Shown here in pieces: positions 20,185 to 29,916 of a DNA stretch of 64,000 nt. The stretch comes from Thermoplasmata archaeon (GTDB lineage Archaea; Thermoplasmatota; E2; DHVEG-1), in NCBI GenBank assembly GCA_020054495.1, contig JAHWGK010000001.1:19048-83047 (forward strand), given 5' to 3'. Each line of letters opens with the position of its first letter. The first letter of the stretch is position 1. Below the pieces are notes generated by a model. It worked only from the letters and a program-made list of their open reading frames with translations. It was not told the origin of the DNA and ran no database searches. The translations under genes and the position numbers were made by a program.

Positions 20185-20979
20185 ATGTTAAAGAGAGATG
20201 AAAAAGAAGTTAAACCACCGATTTTTGTTCTTGGTTGTCAGCGTTCCGGTACAACCTTACTTAGAAGAATTCTGGATTCACATCCGAACATTGTTTGTCC
20301 ACCGGAATCAGTTTTTCTTGAAGAGCTATCAAAGGTCTATGAAACAGAGAGGTCAATTGCTGGTTTAGAATCTATGGGATTTAGTGAAGAAGATATATTA
20401 GAACAAATGCGTATGTTTACAACGTTTTTCTTTGAAGGATATGCAAAATCCAAGAGTAAACCACGATGGGCAGATAAAACATGCCCTTATCTAAATCACG
20501 TTAATACCATTGACTCTGTGTTTAAACAAGAAGTAGTATACATTGGAATAGTGCGACATGGTCTGGATGTTGCATATTCATTATGTGATCTTAATATGGG
20601 AGTTCTGAAACCATATATTGCAGATGGAACTGATAAAAAAATTGCGGCAATTCAATTCTGGAAAGACCAAAACATGAAACTACTGGATTTCAGAGATAAG
20701 GTTAAAGATCGTTTTTATCTTGTTAAATATGAAGATCTTACCACCAAACCAGAATCTATACTACCTGCCATTTTTAAGTTCCTTGACGAGCCGTGGGACA
20801 ATAAAATTTTAAATTATAACGATTTCGAACATGACCCAGGATTTGAAGATCCAAAGATAGCAAACTATGATAAGATACAACCTAACTTTGGTAACTATAA
20901 AAAATGGCCTATTAGCACCCAAAGGCGTTTATATCAAACAGCTCTTATGATGTTCAAACGCCTAGGTTATACCATATAG
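20185..20979 (+). CDS. Sulfotransferase (TPST-like/Sulfotransfer_3)
   Basis: PIFVLGCQRSGTTLLRRILDSHP 5'-PSB loop, WADKTC, VRHGLDVAYS, VKYEDL. Confidence 0.9.
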   Translation: MLKRDEKEVKPPIFVLGCQRSGTTLLRRILDSHPNIVCPPESVFLEELSKVYETERSIAGLESMGFSEEDILEQMRMFTTFFFEGYAKSKSKPRWADKTCPYLNHVNTIDSVFKQEVVYIGIVRHGLDVAYSLCDLNMGVLKPYIADGTDKKIAAIQFWKDQNMKLLDFRDKVKDRFYLVKYEDLTTKPESILPAIFKFLDEPWDNKILNYNDFEHDPGFEDPKIANYDKIQPNFGNYKKWPISTQRRLYQTALMMFKRLGYTI

Positions 20980-20989
20980 AAGGGAGAAT

Positions 20990-21658
20990 ATGGAAATAGA
21001 TTTCTTTGAAGCATCTACAAGAGCACCATCTGAAAGAACAGAATTATGTAAAGATGTATCACATGACATGTTTTCAGATGATTACATAAATTTTGGTTAT
21101 GATTATTTTGATAATAAGGATTATTTTGTTGGATATCATGGATACAAATACGATGGGCGATTCAAAGAAACTGCTGAAAAAATTGTTGAACATTACGGAC
21201 TTGAAAAAGGATCAAAAGTTTTAGAGTTAGGTTGCGCAAAAGGTTACTTGTTAATAGAATTTCATAAATTGAAGATGGATGTTTATGGTGTAGATATAAG
21301 CAAATACGCTGTTGATAATGCACATTCAGATATCAAAGATAGATTAAAGATTGGAAGACTTGCGGATATGAATTTTAAGGAAAATTATTTTGATTTAGTA
21401 CTAAGTAAAGAATTATTACCACATCTTAAAATGGATGAATTGCTTCAAGTTTTAAAAGAAACAAAACGGATCTCAAAAGATAACATTTTTCATATGATTC
21501 AATGTGGTCGTAATGAAAAAGAACTTGAATTAATGAAAAAATGGGATCATACTCATCAAATTCTTATGACACCAACAAAATGGGTTGAATTTTTTAATCA
21601 AAATAACTATAACTGTGATTATCAGTTTAAGGTGTTAGCAATACAGGAGGGGGTATAA
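20990..21658 (+). CDS. Class I SAM-dependent methyltransferase
   Basis: DYFD...GY.YDGRF, VLELGCAKGY, GVDISKYA, FDLVLS. Confidence 0.85.
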   Translation: MEIDFFEASTRAPSERTELCKDVSHDMFSDDYINFGYDYFDNKDYFVGYHGYKYDGRFKETAEKIVEHYGLEKGSKVLELGCAKGYLLIEFHKLKMDVYGVDISKYAVDNAHSDIKDRLKIGRLADMNFKENYFDLVLSKELLPHLKMDELLQVLKETKRISKDNIFHMIQCGRNEKELELMKKWDHTHQILMTPTKWVEFFNQNNYNCDYQFKVLAIQEGV

Positions 21659-22644
21659 TAAAAAATATTCTTGTAACAGGCGGAGCAGGATATGTTGGAA
21701 GTATATTAGTTCCAAAGTTGCTAAATAAAAACTATTATGTAACAGTTCTTGACAAAATGTGGTTTGGTAGTGAAGGGATAGATTATCTAAAAAACAAAAA
21801 TCTCAAAATTATAAAAGGAGATACTAGGGACAAAGAACTTGTAAATAAAATAACCCAAGATATCGACACTGTAATTCATCTGGCAGCTGTTTCAAATGAT
21901 CCCTGTTCAGAACTTGATCATAATTTGACAAAAGAAGTAAATTATGAAGCAACTGTGAATCTTGCTAAAACATCGAAAAAAAATGGTGTTAAAAGATTTA
22001 TTAACATTTCAACAGCAAGTGTCTATGGAATAAAAGATGACCCAAATGTAACTGAAGATCTTTCACTTGAACCATTAACAATTTATTCCAAAACAAAAGC
22101 AGATGCTGAACAAAAAGTGAAAGAATGCAATGATGAAAATTTTACAGCAGTTAATCTTAGACCATCAACTGCATGTGGATATTCTCCCAGGATGAGACTT
22201 GATCTTGTTGTTAATATTTTAACATCTCATGCAATAATGAATAAGAAAATACTAGTTTTTGGCGGTACACAAAAAAGACCAAATATACATGTTCAAGATA
22301 TTGCAGATTTATATGTCATGATGGTTGAATACCCTAAGGAAAAAATTGCTGGTGAAGCATTCAACATAGCTTTTGAAAACCATACAGTTTTGGGACTAGC
22401 TGAAACGATTAGAAACATTATCGGTAAAGATGTTGAAATCGAAGTTCAACCAACAAATGACCCTCGATCCTATCATGTATCATCAGAGAAAATCACAAAA
22501 ATGACAGGCTATAAACCAAAGAAAACAATAAAAGATGCAGTTCTTGGAATTAAAGATGCTTTTGAGCAGAATAAAATCCAGGATTGGAAAGATATTAACT
22601 ATTATAATGTAAAGAAGATGAAAGCTATTCAAGAGCTGTTATAA
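21658..22644 (+). CDS. NAD-dependent epimerase/dehydratase (extended SDR)
   Basis: In-frame extension upstream of track start 21718 gives IKNILVTGGAGYVGSILVPKL (Rossmann motif); HLAAVSNDP, STASVYG, YSKTK, SPRMRLDLVVN; apparent ATA start. Confidence 0.88.
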   Translation: MKNILVTGGAGYVGSILVPKLLNKNYYVTVLDKMWFGSEGIDYLKNKNLKIIKGDTRDKELVNKITQDIDTVIHLAAVSNDPCSELDHNLTKEVNYEATVNLAKTSKKNGVKRFINISTASVYGIKDDPNVTEDLSLEPLTIYSKTKADAEQKVKECNDENFTAVNLRPSTACGYSPRMRLDLVVNILTSHAIMNKKILVFGGTQKRPNIHVQDIADLYVMMVEYPKEKIAGEAFNIAFENHTVLGLAETIRNIIGKDVEIEVQPTNDPRSYHVSSEKITKMTGYKPKKTIKDAVLGIKDAFEQNKIQDWKDINYYNVKKMKAIQELL

Positions 22645-23744
22645 TGAAGGTCCCATTTATTGGTTTAAAAAAGCAGCATGAAACAATAAAACAGGAAATC
22701 CTTGACGCAGTTGGAAAAGTAATTGATGATTCGTACTTTATTCTTGGTGAGGATGTTAAAGAATTCGAAAATAATTTTTCTAAATACTGCGGTGTAAATT
22801 ATGCAGTTGGAATTAATTCTGGAACAGATGCTTTGATTCTAGCTATGAAATCACTAAATATAGGTAAAGGTGATGAAGTTATTACTGCTCCAAATTCTTT
22901 TCTTTCTACAGCCTCAAGTATTATTGCAATAGGTGGAAAACCTGTTTTTGTTGATGTCAGAGAAGATATGAACATTAATCCGAGGTTGATAAAAGATGCT
23001 ATTACAGAGAATACAAAGGCAATTATTCCAGTTCATCTAACTGGTAGATCTGCTGATATGAAACCAATTCTAGAAATTGCAAAGGATAATAATTTATATG
23101 TTATCGAAGACGCAGCACAAGCAGTAGGTGCAGAGTATCATGGTAAAAAAGTGGGATCATTTGGACACGTAAATTGCTTTAGTCTACATCCTTTGAAAAT
23201 TCTAAATGCATGTGGAGATGGAGGAGCTGTAACTACTGATAATCAAGAGATTTATACTAAACTTATTCAGTTAAGAAATATAGGTTTGAAAAATCGTGAT
23301 GAGTCAGAATTATGGGGTTATAATAGTAGACTTGACACCATGCAAGCAGCTATTCTAAATATAAAAATGAAATATCTTGATAATTGGATTAAAAAAAGAA
23401 GGGGAAATGCAAAATACTATAATGAAGAACTAGAAAATTATGTGAAAATCCCGGCAGAAAAACCTTTTGAAAAATGTGTATATCAAACATATACAATTCA
23501 AGCAGAAAATAGAGATGATCTAAGGCAATATCTAGCAGATAACGGTATTGATACTAAAATTCACTATCCAATTCCAATTCATCTTCAAAAAGCTGCTGAA
23601 AAACTTGGCTATAAAAAAGGTTCAATGCCAATGACAGAACATTTAGCAAATTCAATTCTAGCATTACCTTCTCATCAGGATTTAGACCCTGAAGATAGGG
23701 AATATGTTGCTGAAAAAATAAAAGAATTCTATGACAAGAAATAA
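22644..23744 (+). CDS. DegT/DnrJ/EryC1/StrS aminotransferase
   Basis: NSGTDAL, PVHLTG, IEDAAQA, FSLHPLK..NACGDGG, NSRLDTMQAA, IHYPIP. Confidence 0.92.
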   Translation: MKVPFIGLKKQHETIKQEILDAVGKVIDDSYFILGEDVKEFENNFSKYCGVNYAVGINSGTDALILAMKSLNIGKGDEVITAPNSFLSTASSIIAIGGKPVFVDVREDMNINPRLIKDAITENTKAIIPVHLTGRSADMKPILEIAKDNNLYVIEDAAQAVGAEYHGKKVGSFGHVNCFSLHPLKILNACGDGGAVTTDNQEIYTKLIQLRNIGLKNRDESELWGYNSRLDTMQAAILNIKMKYLDNWIKKRRGNAKYYNEELENYVKIPAEKPFEKCVYQTYTIQAENRDDLRQYLADNGIDTKIHYPIPIHLQKAAEKLGYKKGSMPMTEHLANSILALPSHQDLDPEDREYVAEKIKEFYDKK

Positions 23745-23784
23745 ACAAGGATTTTAATTTAATATTTTATAAGGGCGGATAGAG

Positions 23785-24699
23785 ATGAGATACATAATTA
23801 TTGGATATGGAAATATTGGGAAAAAAAGACACAATATTTTAGGAAAAAAGTGTGTTGCAACAGTAGATCCTTATGTCGATGATGCTGATTATAAAGACTA
23901 TCAGGATGTTCCTTTGAATCAATTTGATGCAGCTGTTCTTTCTATTCCACCAGATATAAAAATGGATCTAGTTAAGTATCTCTTGTCAAACAAAAAACAT
24001 GTTCTTGCGGAGAAACCCCTTCGGTTTAGAGATAAAAAAGAACTAGATGAAATACGATCTCTTGCTAAAAAGAACAACGTTATTTGGTATACTTCCTACA
24101 ATCATCGTTTTGAGCCGCTTATTTTAAAGTTAAAAGAAATTATGGAGAATGATGGTATTGGTGATTTCTATTTTGGTAAATTTACATATGGTTTTGGAAC
24201 TGCACAAAATAACGTTGGTACATGGCGCGATATAGATCTTGGAGTAATAGAAGAAGTTGGATGTCATTTGATTAATATGGTTCCATATTTGTTTAATAAG
24301 TACCCGGAACCTGAAGGATTCAAAATAATTAATGTTAATAATTTTGAAATTAATTCTATTGATAATTGCTGGTTTTCATACCTAGAAAACCATCTAATGT
24401 TTCATTGCACCTGGGATGCCTGGAAGAATGTATTTGAAATAGAGTTATTTGGAAGTAAGGGTTCGCTTCACTTGTATGGTTTACGAAAATGGGGAGAAAG
24501 CAAGTTGTATCATCGCTTAAGAGTCTTTCCAAGTGGTGTTCCAAAAGAAAAAGTGTTTACTTCTTCTGGCCCTGATGTAACATGGGAAAAAGACGTCGAA
24601 TTTTTTGAAGGAAGTATATCAAAGGGAAAAACATCATATGATGATGATTTATACATGTTAAACTCAATGAATACACTGTCTCAACAATTAGGTATTTAA
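23785..24699 (+). CDS. Gfo/Idh/MocA family oxidoreductase
   Basis: IGYGNIG, HVLAEKP, SYNHRFEP, G..EEVGCH. Confidence 0.85.
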   Translation: MRYIIIGYGNIGKKRHNILGKKCVATVDPYVDDADYKDYQDVPLNQFDAAVLSIPPDIKMDLVKYLLSNKKHVLAEKPLRFRDKKELDEIRSLAKKNNVIWYTSYNHRFEPLILKLKEIMENDGIGDFYFGKFTYGFGTAQNNVGTWRDIDLGVIEEVGCHLINMVPYLFNKYPEPEGFKIINVNNFEINSIDNCWFSYLENHLMFHCTWDAWKNVFEIELFGSKGSLHLYGLRKWGESKLYHRLRVFPSGVPKEKVFTSSGPDVTWEKDVEFFEGSISKGKTSYDDDLYMLNSMNTLSQQLGI

Positions 24700-24713
24700 A
24701 AGAAGGTGAAATC

Positions 24714-26033
24714 ATGAAAAATGAAAACATCGCAGGTTTCATAGGTTTAACACATTTAGGAGCGGTCTCAATTGTTAGCTGGGCGTCGAAATTTGATCAA
24801 GTAATAGGTTTTGATACCAATGAAAAACTGGTGAACTTATTTTCATCCGGAAAAGCACCATTTCCGGAACCAGAACTCCAAGAACTTTTAGATAGAAATA
24901 AGAAAAACATGACTTTTACAACTGATTTTAGCAAGTTATCAGAATGTTATAGCGTCTTCATTAGTCATGATATTGTAACCGATGAAAAAAATAGGAGTAA
25001 CTATGATACTTTCTATGCTCTAATCGATGAAGCAATACCACACTTTCCACAGAAGATAATTATTGTTCTGATGAGTCAGGTTTCTGTTGGTACAAGTCGG
25101 AAACTTAAAGAGTATATTAAAGAGAAAAGACCTGATTTAAATTTTAATCTTGTATACTTTGTTGATACATTAATCATTGGTAGAGCATTGGATCGTTTTC
25201 TAAATCCTGAGAGAATTATGATTGGGACTGAAACAGGGACAGATGAAATATTTGATAAATATCTTATTTTAAAAAGACAGCTGAATTCTTTTAACGCTCC
25301 TGTTTTAATTATGAGATACGAAAGTGCCGAGATGACTAAGATTTGTATTAATTTCTATCTCTTCAACTCAGTTATATATGCTAACATTGTCGCTGATCTA
25401 TGCGAAGCATATCATGCTGATATGAATGAAATAATCCCTGCTTTAAGGCTTGATAAAAGAATTGGCCAATATTCATATATTAGACCAAGTCTAGGCGTAA
25501 CTGGTGGACATCTTGAAAGAGATATAAGAACTATTGAAAAAATGCAGAGAGAAGCAGGGCTTAAAACCGATTTCATTGAAAGATTAATGGACATAAATGA
25601 AGAAAGATACAGATGGGTTGAAGAAAAAGTAAAAAAACATTTATACCCAAAAGTAAAAAATCCAAAAATATGCATCTGGGGACTTGCCTATAAGAAAGAC
25701 ACGGAATCTTTAAAAAATTCTATTGCTCCAAAAATAATCAATGATCTACCAGATAATATTATTTTCAGCGCATATGATCCATTGGTTAAAACATTTGAAG
25801 GTACAAAGAAAGTTGAATTACACAAAGATAGATATGATGCTGTTAAAGGTGCTAGCTGTTTGATTGTCCTTACAGATCCTGATGAATTTAAAGAATTAGA
25901 TGTAAAAAAGATTAAAGAATCCATGGATAATCCGTTAATTCTCGATTGTGTAAATCTTTATTCTGATTATAAAAAAGAGATGAAAGATTTCAATTATATA
26001 GCTGTTGGGCGAATGGAGAATACCAATAAATAA
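24714..26033 (+). CDS. UDP-glucose/GDP-mannose dehydrogenase-like protein lacking catalytic Cys
   Basis: IGLTHLG, MSQVSVG, PERIMIG, ESAEMTK, DKRIG, GLAYKKDT.SLKNS; the GGSCFPKD site reads GGHLERD. Confidence 0.85.
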   Translation: MKNENIAGFIGLTHLGAVSIVSWASKFDQVIGFDTNEKLVNLFSSGKAPFPEPELQELLDRNKKNMTFTTDFSKLSECYSVFISHDIVTDEKNRSNYDTFYALIDEAIPHFPQKIIIVLMSQVSVGTSRKLKEYIKEKRPDLNFNLVYFVDTLIIGRALDRFLNPERIMIGTETGTDEIFDKYLILKRQLNSFNAPVLIMRYESAEMTKICINFYLFNSVIYANIVADLCEAYHADMNEIIPALRLDKRIGQYSYIRPSLGVTGGHLERDIRTIEKMQREAGLKTDFIERLMDINEERYRWVEEKVKKHLYPKVKNPKICIWGLAYKKDTESLKNSIAPKIINDLPDNIIFSAYDPLVKTFEGTKKVELHKDRYDAVKGASCLIVLTDPDEFKELDVKKIKESMDNPLILDCVNLYSDYKKEMKDFNYIAVGRMENTNK

Positions 26034-26090
26034 TATAATTTTGATAACCTTCATATAACTAAAGATAAAGACAAAAGTTGGAGTGGTGCT

Positions 26091-27098
26091 TTGGAGAGAA
26101 AGTCAATTAAACAAGAATTTCGAAATTGTTATGAGCAAGATAGAAACCAAGTGAAAATTCCTTTTTGGATAACTCGCTGGGAAACCTCAAAGGAGATGCA
26201 AGATTTTCAAGGTGTTGAAGATCTTGTAAGATGGTTTGAATGGGCAGCTTTCCCAAAACCACATTATTTTTCAGAGGGGGAAATCTCTCCACTTGTTAAA
26301 AAATCTCAATCATATCATCAAAAGTTAATTGACCAACTATCCTTAGATATAAATGTGAAAGAATATGAGGTAAACAGTGTCTATAACGCTCAAGATTACC
26401 TCTTCCAGAACCTTTATCCTGTTCCAAATAGAATGAAAATACATCGAATTTTAGATTTTGGAGCAGGGTACGGTAGACAAGCCAATTTATGGACTCAACT
26501 CAAAAAAGATATTGTATATGTTGGAATGGATGCAATAGAATTACCTTACTGTTTGCAACATCTGTATTATAGTTATCTTGATTTACCACTTCATGAGTAT
26601 GTTATAGAGAGAGGAAATTTTAAAATAAAAGATAAACCAGGGATTTATCATCTTCCAACTTGGAGATACGATTTGTTACCTGATAATTTTTTTGATTTGA
26701 TAATCTGTGTACAAGTGTTGCATGAGTTAAATGAAATACTACTTAAAAATATGATAAAGAGTTTTCACAGGGTTCTACGACCAGGTGGCATGTTATACAT
26801 TCGTGATCATGATTTGGCATATACGCCGGGTAACAGGGTGGATCTGAAAGAATATTTGCCCAAAAATGGATTTGCACTTGAATTTAGACCACACATAGTT
26901 GATCGTGAAGAACTACATGGAATCCCCCAAATATGGCGAAAAATAGATAGGAAAACTATTGAAAGCCAAAAACCTGATAAATTAACCTTAAAATCACTAT
27001 TAAATAAAACAATTGAAACACAACCAAAAATCGGTAAAAGAATAACAGATATTTATTATAAATTCAAATATTTTAAAAAAGAAAACAACAATAATTAA
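26091..27098 (+). CDS. Class I SAM-dependent methyltransferase (putative sugar O-methyltransferase)
   Basis: ILDFGAGYGRQA, FDLIICVQVLHE, RVLRPGG. Confidence 0.8.
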   Translation: MERKSIKQEFRNCYEQDRNQVKIPFWITRWETSKEMQDFQGVEDLVRWFEWAAFPKPHYFSEGEISPLVKKSQSYHQKLIDQLSLDINVKEYEVNSVYNAQDYLFQNLYPVPNRMKIHRILDFGAGYGRQANLWTQLKKDIVYVGMDAIELPYCLQHLYYSYLDLPLHEYVIERGNFKIKDKPGIYHLPTWRYDLLPDNFFDLIICVQVLHELNEILLKNMIKSFHRVLRPGGMLYIRDHDLAYTPGNRVDLKEYLPKNGFALEFRPHIVDREELHGIPQIWRKIDRKTIESQKPDKLTLKSLLNKTIETQPKIGKRITDIYYKFKYFKKENNNN

Positions 27099-27103
27099 AA
27101 AAT

Positions 27104-28345
27104 TCATTTTTTAACATTTTTTAAGATAGACTCATAAAAACTGTCAACTCTATTAATGTGATTATCAATCAACCATTTTTCTCTGAATTTTAAGACATTT
27201 TTTTTAAGATCGTTATAATCGTAATTATCTATTAATTTTTTTAAGTTATCAATATCATTATTGCTAACTCCAAAACCAATATTATTTTTCTCAATAATCT
27301 GTGTTAAATATTCCAAACGGTCACTAATAATCAAGGGTAAACCTGCCTCAAAGAAATTATATTGACGGTAACTCCTAGCAGCAATCTTCATAGCTTCAGG
27401 TGTACAGTGATTCATCAATTCAGTTGGTCTTATTATCGCTCCAAAGTCATACTGGGCAATTTCATTCTGAACTTGATTAAAAGGTACAGCACCGTGTAAA
27501 TGGAAATATTTTTCCTTTCGATTCATTTCGGCATACTTTTGATAAACATTCCAAACTGTACTATATGGTACAAGATAGATGTGGAAGTGTATCTTTTGTT
27601 TAAAAAACCTCTTCAACATATCAGGGATAAAAGTTGATTGCATTCCAGAACCAATATTCACAAGATGATATTCGCCATCCTCCGAGGAGAGCTTTTTGGT
27701 CTTATCCTTTACAAAAAAATCTTCATTACAATAATCAAAGTAATTTAACAAAGGACATGTAATTTTGTAATTGTGTTTTTTATAGTAATCAACTTCAAAA
27801 TCAGGACCCCTATAAATAATGCCATTCACATTTTCAAAACAATATTTATCTTTTTCATATTGCTCCTTTGAAAGATTCTCAATGCCCCACATTATTGGAC
27901 CATTATGAAGATCCATAACCACAGGTTTATCAGTATTTTTTAGAGTAAAAAAGGTTAATTCATCAGAACTACAACAATTGTATAAATCTGCCTTTATTTT
28001 TCGAAAAAGAGTCTGAAATCTTACACGATAACTAAGTTTTTCAAAAAATGGACCAAGAGCATTATCCGTCATCAAAACCTTGAACGTATGTACAATTGGT
28101 GAATCGTCACCTGATTGAGCGAAACCAAAATTTTTTAAATCTAAAAGAGGAGGCTGGTAACATATGATTTCATCAAAAACATTTTTAAAGATAGCTAAAT
28201 TTTTTTTGTCAAAATTACGGCATAAAAGAATTATCTTGAATTTCTTCGTTTTTTTCAAAGCGTATGCTTGATTATACATCCTTGGATATGGATTATGCCT
28301 CAAGAACATAATGGTTTTCATTTGCCTCTTTCCGATTGTAAACAT
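27104..28345 (-). CDS. Putative GT-B glycosyltransferase
   Basis: PYPRMYNQAYAL N-terminus; AQYDFG...YNFFEAGLPLIIS...IGF resembles GT4-like C-domain. Confidence 0.65.
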   Translation of the reverse strand: MFTIGKRQMKTIMFLRHNPYPRMYNQAYALKKTKKFKIILLCRNFDKKNLAIFKNVFDEIICYQPPLLDLKNFGFAQSGDDSPIVHTFKVLMTDNALGPFFEKLSYRVRFQTLFRKIKADLYNCCSSDELTFFTLKNTDKPVVMDLHNGPIMWGIENLSKEQYEKDKYCFENVNGIIYRGPDFEVDYYKKHNYKITCPLLNYFDYCNEDFFVKDKTKKLSSEDGEYHLVNIGSGMQSTFIPDMLKRFFKQKIHFHIYLVPYSTVWNVYQKYAEMNRKEKYFHLHGAVPFNQVQNEIAQYDFGAIIRPTELMNHCTPEAMKIAARSYRQYNFFEAGLPLIISDRLEYLTQIIEKNNIGFGVSNNDIDNLKKLIDNYDYNDLKKNVLKFREKWLIDNHINRVDSFYESILKNVKK

Positions 28346-28451
28346 GAATTCTTATAATATTTTTTCCAAAATAGTTGCTTTAGACTTAAAATATCAAAAA
28401 ACATTGAATAAGAGTGCAGTAATTAGTATAAAAATGCAAAGTTCAAATTAG

Positions 28452-29750
28452 CTAACTTTCGAATCCAAGAATTATATCTACTGCCTTTCGAGTTGCACCA
28501 TCTTTTGTTCTAGACAAATATTTATTAAAATTATTAACAAAAATTTTACGGTCTTTTTCAGGGTTTGACTTAAACTTCATTATCCATTTTTTAAGTTCAA
28601 TTGTATCTTTTGCTTGAGGTGAAAAACCAACCATCGCATAATCATCAACTAGATTTTTTAAATTTACATCTTTGTACAAAATTGTAGGTTTTCCAACTGA
28701 AAGAGCATCAAGTACTGCAGATCCTCGGCCCATATAAATTACTATATCGGAAATTGAAGATAGACTCATAGCTTGAGATTGATCAATAGTCCATCTTTTT
28801 TTATCATATTTATTAAGAAGGCTTTTAAGATGTTTAAGATCTTGTCTTGGATGCGGTTTAACAATCAAAAAAGAATCTGGAAAAGAAATTACAGTATCCA
28901 CAATTTCATGAAACGTAGCACTTAAGGTCTCTTTTGTAAAACTAGAAGCGGTCGGTCTAACTGTAAACAATAAAAAAATGGTTTTTTTAGAATCGTATAC
29001 TTTTTTCTTGGAACCATGCCTATCCCAATTATCTAGGATAAATTGAATCCACCAGTCATCATATCTTGGAATTCCAACCGCATGTGTTTTGTTTTTGTAT
29101 GTTTTGTTTCTTTTGTTTAGTAATTGTGTCATTTCTTTTGTGTTACATAGGATATCGTCTGCAAAACGTGTTGGAGTCTTTTGAGAATCTGATTTTTTTG
29201 ATATTGGAATATTATAGATGCAGGTTGCATGCGGGAATATTACTTCTCTAGCTCCCATTTTTCGTGCTATATCTACAATACGTTTTCTTGTACCTTTATC
29301 TTGAGATTCATCTTTGAGTAAAACATCAGGTTTGATTTTGTTCATCATTTTTTTATTTGGTGGGAATATTCTGAAAAAATATTCAAATATATGGTTTTCT
29401 TGAAATATCGTTAATTTTGATCGAATAGTTTTGTTAAATATTCTCATAAATATGTTAAAAATTCTTTTATGAACTGGTTTAAGAAAATCTTTTGTTTCAT
29501 ACCAGTTATCTACACAATTTAAAAGTAGATTCTTTAGGAATGTGTTTTCCTTTAGTATTGCATTTGAGTCTAAATGATTAAACAAAACGGATTGAGTAAT
29601 TTCAGGATAATTATTTTTTATATATTGACAAATAGGTAAGATCCAGTCTATTTCCCCCCAGGAGGTATCAATCAAAATTAGAATGTTTTTGACATTTCTG
29701 TGTTTTTCAGGATCTTTTTCCTTTGAATTGTACAATTTTTTAACACCCAA
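28452..29750 (-). CDS. GT-B protein, CDP-glycerol transferase/sialyltransferase-like, candidate ulosonate transferase
   Basis: FPHA, VGIPRYD, IVKPHPRQ, SAVLDALSVGKP, DGATRKA. Confidence 0.6.
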   Translation of the reverse strand: MGVKKLYNSKEKDPEKHRNVKNILILIDTSWGEIDWILPICQYIKNNYPEITQSVLFNHLDSNAILKENTFLKNLLLNCVDNWYETKDFLKPVHKRIFNIFMRIFNKTIRSKLTIFQENHIFEYFFRIFPPNKKMMNKIKPDVLLKDESQDKGTRKRIVDIARKMGAREVIFPHATCIYNIPISKKSDSQKTPTRFADDILCNTKEMTQLLNKRNKTYKNKTHAVGIPRYDDWWIQFILDNWDRHGSKKKVYDSKKTIFLLFTVRPTASSFTKETLSATFHEIVDTVISFPDSFLIVKPHPRQDLKHLKSLLNKYDKKRWTIDQSQAMSLSSISDIVIYMGRGSAVLDALSVGKPTILYKDVNLKNLVDDYAMVGFSPQAKDTIELKKWIMKFKSNPEKDRKIFVNNFNKYLSRTKDGATRKAVDIILGFES

Positions 29751-29842
29751 GGTAATATTAGATTTTGATGATGAATGGGTTCTTATTCAAAAGTGTTTTT
29801 GCTTACATTATTTTAGCGAATAATGATTTTATCAAGTACGAG

Positions 29843-29912
29843 TACTGTACGATATTATAATAACACAAGATTTTTGTATAAGTTACTGTTCACATACTGT
29901 AATTAAAGGTGA
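29843..29912 (+). promoter_or_regulatory. Putative promoter/operator of the RHH-neuB operon
   Basis: TATA-like TTATAA at 29855-29860; TACTGT at 29843, 29884 and 29895; AGGTGA SD at 29907-29912. Confidence 0.4.
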
Positions 29913-29916
29913 TATT

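Noticed and set aside
17112..26033. An actual lincosamide antibiotic cluster
   Set aside because: No proline-derivative, adenylation/carrier, condensation, thiol-transfer or resistance genes; context is flippase and glycosyltransferases
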